64,000 nucleotides of DNA from the human T2T-CHM13v2.0 reference genome, Homo sapiens: assembly GCF_009914755.1 (NCBI RefSeq), contig NC_060931.1; one strand, given 5' to 3'. Shown piece after piece: positions 54,871 to 64,000 of this stretch. Positions within the stretch are counted from its first letter, which is position 1, and the number at the start of each line of letters is the position of its first letter. The translations under genes and the position numbers were made by a program. Under the pieces are notes generated by a model. It ran no database searches, had not been told where the DNA came from, and worked only from the letters and a program-made list of their open reading frames with translations.

Positions 54871-57800
54871 AAGAGTAGAGATGACATAACTCCCAATGTC
54901 ACATGGAATTTACGTTCTATGTGATATTGTTCATGATATCCAAGGTGGCAGATGATGTTACTTTCAATGTCGCAGGAGGTGTACACCCTAACTCATAATG
55001 TTCGTAATATCTAAGGGCGGAGATCATATTACTCCCAGAGTCGCAGGGGATGTACAACCTCTGTGATACTGTTTTTCATATCCAAGGGGGAAGATGATAT
55101 TACTCCCAAGATCGTAAACACCCTGTGTATGCACTCTCTGTCATATTGTTCATAATATCCAAGGAGGGAGATGACTTTACTCCCAGTATCGCAGGGGGTG
55201 TACACCCTGTGTGAAATTGTTTCTAATATCCCAAGGGTAGATAACGCTTCTCCCAGTATCACAGAAGGTATACATCCTCTGTGATATTGTTCGTAATATC
55301 CAATGCGGGAGATGACGTTGCTCCCAGTATCGAAGGGCGTGTACCCCCTCTCTCTGTATTGTTGTTCATGATATTCAAGGGGGGAGATGACTTTACTCCC
55401 AGCATTTCAGGGGGTGTACCACCTTTTAGATGTTGTTCGTAATATCCAAGGAGGGAGATGACGTTACCCCCAGTATCGCAGAAAGTGTGCCCCCTCTGTA
55501 ATATTGTTCATAATATCCCATGTGGTAGATGACGTTACTTCGAGTATTGCAGCAGGCGTACCCTGTGATATTATTTGTAATATCTAAGGGGAAAGATGAC
55601 GTTACTCCCAGTATCTCAGAGAGTGTACCCTCTCTCTGATATTGTTCATAATATCCACGGGGTGAGATGACGTTACTCCCAGGATCGCAGGGGGTGTACC
55701 CCCTCTGCGATATTGTTTGTAATATCAAAGGTGGACGATGATACTACTCTCAGTGTCGCAGGTGGTGTACACCCTCTGTGATATTGTTCATAATACCCAA
55801 GGGGGGAGATGATACTACACCCAATGTCGCAGGGGGTGTACACTCTCTGTGCTATTGTTTGTACTATACAAGGGGAAAATGATACTACTCACAATGTTGC
55901 CGGAGGTGCACACCCTCTGTGATATTGTACGTATTATCTAAACGGGGAGATGACACAAATCCCAATGTCACAGTTGTTGGACACCCTCTGTGATGCTGTT
56001 CGTAATAATCAAGGGGGACGATGATACTACCCCCGATGTTGCAGGAGGTGTACAACCTCTGCGATATTGTGTGTGATACCCAAGATGGGAGATAATACTA
56101 CTCCCAGTGTCGCAGGGGGTGTACACCTTCTGTGATATTGTTCGTAGCATCCAAGGGAGAGATGATACTACTTCCAATGTCGCAGGGGGTGTACACCCTC
56201 TGTGTTATTGTTCATAATATCCAAGGGGTGAGATGGTACTACTTCCAAAGTCATAGGGGATGTACTTCCTCTGTGATATTGATTTGTGATATCCAAGGGA
56301 AAAGATAATATTACTCCCAATGTCGCATTGGGTGTACACCCTCTGTGATATTGTTTGTAATATCCATGGGGGGAGATAATATTACTCCCAATGTCGCAAG
56401 GGGTGTATACCTTCTGTGTTATTGTTCATAATATTTAAGAGGGGGGAATGATATTACTCCCAATGTCCCATGGGTGTACATTCCAAGGGTGGATATAATA
56501 TTACTCCCAATGCTGCAGGGGGTGTACACCCTCTCTGTTATTGTTTGTATTATCCAAGGGGGGAGATGATACTACTTCCAATGTCTCAGGGGATGTACAT
56601 CCTCTGTGATATTGTTTGTACAAAATCACAGAGGATGTACACCCTTTCTGTTATTGTTCTTAATATCCAAGGGGGGAATGATGTTACAATGTCACAGGGG
56701 GTGTACACCCTCTGTGATATTGGTCTTAATATCCAAGGTGGGAGATGATATAACTCCCAATGTCGCATGGGGTGTACACCCTCTGTGATATTGTTTGTAA
56801 TATCCAAGTTGGGAGATGATATAACTGTCAATGTTGCCTGGGGTGTACACCCTTTGCGATATTTTTGGTAATATCCAAGGGGGATGATGATGTTACTCCC
56901 AGTATTGCAGGAGGTGTACCCCCTCTGTGATATTCTTCATAATATCCAAGGAGGGAGATGTCATAACACCCATTATCGCAGGGGATGTACCCCTCTATAT
57001 CATTTGCAATATGCAATGGAGGAGATGACATTACTCCCAGTATCGCAGCAGGTGTACCCCCTTGTGATATTGTTCATAATATTGAAGGAAGGATATGATA
57101 CTACTCCCCATATCATAACACCGTGTGTATACACTCTCTGTAATATTGTTTGTAATATCCAAGGGGGGGAGATGATACTACTTCCAATGTTGCAGGGGGT
57201 GTACACCCTCTGTGATAATGTTCTTAATATCCAAGGGGGGAAATGATACTACTCCCAATGTCGCAGAGCATGTACATCCTCTGTGATATTGTTTGTAATA
57301 TCCAAGGGGGGGAGATGATACTACTCCCAATGTTGCAGGGGGTGTACACCCTCTGTGATAATGTTCTTAATATCCAAGGGGGGAAATGATACTACTCCCA
57401 ATGTCGCAGAGCATGTACATCCTCTGTGATATTGTTTGTAATATCTAAAAGGGGAGATAATACTACCTCCAAATGTCACAGGGGGTGGACACCCTCTGTG
57501 ATATTGTTTGTAATATCCAAGGAGGGAGATGATACTACACCCAATGTCGCAGGGGGTGTACACCCTCTGTGACATTGTTCATAATATCCAAGGGGGGAGA
57601 TGATACTACTCCCAATGTTGCAGAGGGTGTACACCCTCTGTGACACTGTTTGTAATATCCAAGGGGGAGGTAATACTACTCCAAATTTCGCAGCGGATGA
57701 ACACCCTCTGTGATATTGTTCACAATATCCAAGGTGGGAGACTATACTATTCCCAATGTCTCAGGGGATATACACCTTTTGTGATATTGTTTGTAATATC

Positions 57801-59589
57801 CAAGGGGGGGGATGATACTACTTCCAATGTCACAGGGGGTGTACACCCTCTGTGTATTGTTCATAATATCCAAGGGGGGAGATGATACTACCTTCATTGT
57901 CACAGGGGATGTACATCCTCTGTGATATTGTTTGTAATATCCAGGGGAAAGATGATATTACTCTTAATGTCACAAGGGGTTTATACCCTCTGTGATATTG
58001 CTCATAATATTTAAGGGGGGAATAATATTACTCCCAATGTCGCATGGGTGTACACTTTCTGTGTTATTATTTGTAATATCCAAGGGGAGATATGATATTA
58101 CTCCCAATGTTGCAGCTGGTGTACACCTTCTGTGATGTTGTTTGTTATATCCAAGGGGGAGATGATATTATGCCCTGTGTCACAGGGGGTGTATACCGTC
58201 TGTGATATTGTTTATAATATCCAAGAAGTTAGATGATATTACTCACAATGTCACAGGGGTGTACACCCTCGGTGATATTGTTCGTAATATCCAAAGGGGG
58301 AGATGATATAACTCCCAATGTTGCATTCAGTGTACACCCTCTCTGATATTGTTCATAATATCCAAGGAGGGGAGATAATATTACCTTCAGTGTCACAAGG
58401 GTGTATACACCCTATGTGATATTGTTCATAATATCCAAGGGGGAGATCATATTACTCCCATTGTAGCAGTGGGTGTACAACTTCTGTACTATTGTTCATA
58501 ATATCCAAGGGGGGAGATGATATTACTCCAAATGTCATAAACACCCTATGTGTACACCCTCTGTGATATTGTTCGTAATATCAAAGGAGGGAGATGACAT
58601 TACTCCCAGTATTGCAGGCGATGTGTACCCTCTGAAATTATTCCTAATATCCAAGGAGGAGATGACGTTATTCCCAGTATCACAGAAGATGTATACCCTC
58701 TGTGATATTGTTCATAACATCCAAGGGGGGAGATGACGTTACTCTCAGTATCTCATGGGGTGTACCCCCTTTGTGATATTGTTCGTAATATCCAAGGGGG
58801 GAGATTACGTTACTCCCAGTATTGCAGCAGGTGTACCCTCACTGTGATATTGTTCGTAATATCTAAGGGGAAAGATGATGTTATTCCCAGTATGTCAGGA
58901 AATGTACCCACTCTGTGATATTGTTCGTAATATCCAAGGGGGGAGATGACGTTACTCCCAGAGTCGCAGAGAGTGTAACCCGTCTGTGATATTGCTTGTA
59001 ACATCAAAAAACGGAGATGACGTTACCCTAGTATCACAAAGGGTGTATCCCCCCCGTATATTGTTCGTAATATGCAAGGGGTGAGATGACGTTACTCCCA
59101 GTATCGTAGGGGGTGTACCTTCTCTGTGATATTTTTCATAATATCTAAGAAGGGAGGTGACGTTTATTCCGGTATCACAGGGGGTTGTACCCACTCTGTG
59201 ATATTATTTGTAATATCCAAGGTGAGAGATGACTTTACTCCCAGGATAGCAGGGGGTGTACTGCCTCTGCAATATTGTTTGTAATATCCAATAGGGAAGA
59301 TGACGTTACTTTCAGTATCACAGCACGCGTACCCCCTCTGTGATATTGTTTGTAATATCCAAGGGAGCAAACGACATAACTCCCAGTATCTCAGGGGGTG
59401 TACCGCTCCTGTAATATTGTTCATAACTTTTAAGGGGAAAGATGACGTTACTCCCAGTATCTCAGGGGGTCTACCTTCTCTGTGATATTGTTCGTGATAT
59501 GTAAGGGGGGAGACGACGTCACTCCCAGTGTCGCAGGGGGTGTACCCCTTCTGTGATACTGTTCTTAATATTTAAGGGGGGAGATTATG

Positions 59590-60234
59590 TGCCGAGACCA
59601 GCTCGGTCGGTCGGGGAGACCCTAACCCAGTGGAGCTAGAGGAATTAAAGACACACATAATGTAAATGACGAGTTAATGGGTGCAGCACACCAACATGGC
59701 GCATGTATACATATGTAACAAACCAGCACGTTTTGCACATGTACCCTGGAACTTAAAGTATAATAATAAATAAATAATAAAAAAATAAAGTTACAAAAAA
59801 AAAAAGAAACATGTAAGTGTGGAGTAGGAAATCAGGGGTCTCACAGCCTTCAGAGCTGAGAGCCTCAAATAGAGATTTACCCACCTATTTATTGACAGCA
59901 AGCCAGTGATAAGCATTGTTTCTAGAGATTATAGATTAACAAAGTATTCCTTAGGGAAAATAAAGGGAGGGGCTGAAATAAAGGGATGGGTTTGGCAGGA
60001 GTGTGTCCTTAAGGCACAGACCGCTCATGCTATTGTTTGTGGTTTAAGAAGGCCTTTAAGCAGTTTTCCACCCTGGGTGGGCCAGGTGTTCCCTGCCCTC
60101 ATTCCGATAAACCTACAACCTTCCAGCGTGGGCATCATGGCCATCATGAACATGTCACAGCGCTGCAGAGATTTTGTTTATGGCCAGTTTTGGGGCAAGT
60201 TTATGGCCAGATTTTGGGGGGTCTGTTCCCAACA
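59590..60234 (-). mobile_element. MER9 solo LTR (HERV-K9/HML-3) inserted in the satellite
   Basis: Minus strand TGTTGGGAACAGACCCCCCAAAATCTGGCCATAAAC...GAGCTGGTCTCGGCA; perfect 6-bp TSD ATTATG at 59584-59589 and 60235-60240. Confidence 0.9.
59658..59805 (+). mobile_element. Very short L1PA (about L1PA3-5) 3' end inside MER9
   Basis: TAATGTAAATGACGAGTTAATGGGTGCAGCACACCAACATGG...GAACTTAAAGTATAATAA plus A-rich tail. Confidence 0.88.
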
Positions 60235-63200
60235 ATTATGTAACTCCCACTATCGCAGACGGTGTACCCTCTCAGTGATATTATTCGTAATAACCAAGGG
60301 GGAGATGACGTTACTCTCAGTATCACGGGGGTGAACCGCCTGTGAAATGGTTCATAATATCCAAGCTGGAAGAGGACGTTACTCCCAATATCGCAGAGGG
60401 TGTACCCCCTCTGTTATATGGTTCATAACATACAAGAGGGGAGATGATGGTACTTCCAATATCGCAGTGGGTGTACCCCCTCTGTGGTATGATTCTTGTA
60501 GTATAAAATGGGGGAGAAGACTTAACTCCCAATATAACAGGGGATGTACCCCCTCTGAGATATGTTTCGTAATATCCAAGGAGGAAGAAGACTCCCAATA
60601 TCATAGAGGGTGTACCCCCTCTGTGACATGGGTCGTAATAACCAAGAAAGGAGATGACGTTACTCCCAATCTCGCAGAGGGTGTGCTCCCTCTCTGATAC
60701 AGTTTGCAATATCCAAGGGGGGAGATGACATTACTCCCAGTACTGCAGAAGGTGTACACCCTCTGTGATATGGTTCATAATATCCAAGGAGGGGAATGAC
60801 GTTACTCCCAACATCGCAGGTTGTGTATCCCCTCTGTGATATGGCTCGTACTATCCAATAGAGGAGATGACGTTACTCCCAATATCTAAGGAAGTGTACG
60901 CACTCTGTGATATGGTTCATAATATCCAAGAGGGAAATGACGTTCACCCAATATCACACAGGGTGGACCCTTCTGTGATATTGTTCATAATATACAAGGG
61001 AGGAGATGATGTTACTCCCAATATTTCAGGGGGTGGACTTCCTCTGTCATATTGTTCGTAATATTCAAGAAGGGAGATGATGTTACACCCAATATCAAAG
61101 GGGATGTACCCCATCTATGATTTTGCTCATAATATCCAATTGGGGAGATGGTGTTATTACCAATATCACAGGGGGTGTACACCCTCTGTGATATTCTTTG
61201 TAATATCTCAAGGGGGAGATGATATTACTTCTAATATCGCTCGGGGTGTAAACCCTCTGCGAGATTCTACATAATATCCAAGCGGGGAGGAGATGATATT
61301 ACTCCTAATAATATCGCAGGTGTGCAGCGCCTCTGTGAGATTCTTCGTAATATCCCTGTGGGGAAGAGATGACGTTACTTTTAATAATATCGTAAGGGGT
61401 GTACCCCCTCTGCGAGATTCTTCGTAATATCCCAATGGGGAGGAGATGATGTTACTCGTAAAAATATCGTGGGGTGTACCCCCTCTGCGAGATTATTTGT
61501 AATATCCCAGGGGGAGAGGATGATATTACTCTTAATAATATCGCAGTGTGTGTACCCCAACTGCGAGATTTTTCATAATATCCCCGGGGGAGATGACATT
61601 ACCCCTCATAATATCGCAGGGGGGTGTACCTTCACTGTGAGATTCTTCGTAATATCCCAGAAGGGAGATGATATTAATCCTAATAATATCGCAGGGGGTG
61701 TACACCCTCTGCGATATTATTCTTAATATCCCAGTGGGGAGATGATATTACTTATAATATTGTAGACACCCTGTGTGTACACCCTCTGTGATATTCTTCA
61801 AAATATCCATGAAGGGAGATGATGTTACTCTTAATAACGCAGGGGGTGTACACCTTCTGTGATACTCTTCGTGATATCCAAAATTGGAGATGATGTTACT
61901 CCTAATATTGCAGGGGGTTAAAACCTCTGTGATATTCTTCCTAATATCCAAGGGGGGAAATGATGTTACTCCTAATATAGCAGGGGGTGTACACCCTCTG
62001 TGAAATTCTTCATATGATCCGAGCGGGGAGATGATGTTACTCCTAATATCACAGGGGGTGTACACTCTCTGTAACATTCTTTGTAATATCCAAGGGGGGA
62101 GATGATGTTACTACTAATATAGCAGAAAACGTACACTCTCTGTGATATGCTTGGTAATATCCAAGGGGAGAAATGATTAATTTCGCAGGGGGTGTACATC
62201 CCCTGTGATATTTTTCATAATATCCAAGGGGGTAGATGATGTTACTCCAAATATCGCAGGGGGTGTACACCCTCTGTGATATTCTTTGTAACATCCCAGG
62301 GAAGAAATTATGTTACTCCTTACATCGTGTACACTCTCCGTGATACTTTTCGCAATATCCCAGGGGGCAATGACATTACTTCTAATATTGCAGGGGGTGT
62401 ACACCCTCTGTGATAGTCTTTGAAATATCCAAGGGGGGAGATAATGTTACTCCTAATATCGTAGAGTGTGTACACCCTCTGTGATATTCTTCCTAATATC
62501 CCAGGAAGAGATGATGTTACTCCTAATATCGCAGGGGATGTACACCCTCTGTAATATTCTTGGTAATATCCCAGGGGGGAGATGATATTACTTCTATTAT
62601 GGCTGGGGGTGTACATCCTCTGTGATGTTCTTTGTAACATTCCAGGGGGGAGATAATTTTACTTCTAATATCTCAGGGGGCGTACACCCTCCGTGATATT
62701 TCTCGTAATCATTTTCAAGAAAGGAGATGACATTACTTCTAATATCGCAGTGAACGTACACCCTTTGCGATATTATTCATAATGATGTCCAAGGGAGGAG
62801 AAAACATTACTTCTAATACCTCAGTGTGCATACACACTCCATTATATAATTCATAATCATGTCCAAGGCAGGAGATTACATTACTCCCAATATCTCAGGA
62901 GGTTTATAATATCGCAGTGGGCATACACCCTCCGTGATATTATTCGTAATGATGTCCAAAAAGTAGATGACATTTCTCTTAATATTACAGTAGGCTTAAA
63001 CCCTCTCTGATATTGTTCGTAATGATGTCCAAGGGAGGAGATGACATTACTCCTAATATCGCAGTGGACGTACACCCTTTGTGATATTATTCATAATAAA
63101 GTCCACGGGAGGAGATGACATTACTCCTAATATCGCAGTGGGTGTAAATCCTCTGTGATATTATTTGTAATGATGTCCAAGGGAGGATATGACATTACTC

Positions 63201-64000
63201 CTAATACCGCAGTGGGCATACACCCTCTGTGATATTATTCGTAACAATATCCACGGGAGGAGATGACATTACTCCTGATATCGCAGTGGGTGTACACCCT
63301 CTGTGATATTATTCATAATATCCAAAAAAGGAGATGACATTACTTCTAATATCGCAGTGGATGTACACCCTCTGTGATATTATTTGTAATATGCAAGGAA
63401 GGAGGTGATATTACTCCCAATATCCTACACACCCTGTGTGTACACCCTCTGTGGTTATATTTGTAATATCCAAGGAAGGAGATGATATTACCCCTAATGT
63501 TTTAGTGGTCGTACACCCTTTGTGATATTATTGGTAATATCCAAGGAAGGAGATATTACTCCTAATGTAGTAGTGGGTGTACACTTTTTGTGATATTATT
63601 CGTAATATCCAAGGGAGGAGATGATATTACTCCTAACATCGTACACACTTTGTGTGTACACCCTCTGTAATATTATTCATAATATCCAAGGGAGGAAATT
63701 ATACTGCTCCCAGTATCGCAGGGGGTGTACACTCTCTGTGATACTCTTTGTAATATCCAAATGAGATGATATTACTCCTAATATCGTGCTGGGTGTACAC
63801 CCTCTGTGATAATATTCATAACATCCAATGGAGGAGAGGAATTACTCCTAATAATGCAGGGAGTGTACACCCTCTGTGATACTATTTGTAATATCCAACA
63901 GAGGACATGATATTACTTCTAATATCACAGAGGGTTTACACCCTCTATGATACTATTCAGAATATCCACGGGAGGAGATGATGTTACTTCTAACAGCGCA

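Larger units (their letters stand above)
54871..64000 (+). repeat. SATR-like satellite block D (~70-71-bp monomers, possibly SATR2); runs off the window
   Basis: AATATCCAAGGGGGGAGATGAT..TACTCCCAAT..CGCAGGGGGTGTACACCCTCTGTGATATT; monomer starts at 57531, 57602, 57672. Confidence 0.88.

Noticed and set aside
44997-64000. CRISPR-like or attC/integron-like array (regular palindromic repeats)
   Set aside because: There are no unique spacers or cassettes: the whole 71-75 bp unit repeats. No cas or integrase genes are present, and the context is primate Alu/L1 DNA.

Overview
Primate (catarrhine-like; human or ape plausible) non-genic DNA. I find no credible host protein-coding or RNA gene. Bases 1 to ~44,985 are almost entirely interspersed repeats: L1PA/L1PB/L1M, L2, MIR, Alu, MaLR/ERV1/ERVL LTRs and hAT DNA transposons, several of them nested. 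From ~44,985 to the window end lies a >19 kb satellite array resembling SATR1/SATR2. Its ~71-75 bp monomers each carry a ~34-40 bp near-palindrome centred on GTGTACAC. The array runs forward block, inverted block, ~385 bp AT-rich core, forward block. It also shows higher-order repeats (~1.42 kb and ~3.4 kb), layered monomer variants, a palindrome-breaking marker monomer at domain boundaries, and a MER9 solo LTR that itself contains an L1PA 3' end. All listed ORFs are explained by decayed L1/Alu sequence, satellite periodicity or chance. Repeat subfamily names come from recalled consensus sequences and need RepeatMasker/Dfam confirmation. The satellite family is known, but its fine architecture here is the best candidate for something undescribed. 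I cannot show from sequence alone that it is a functional system.
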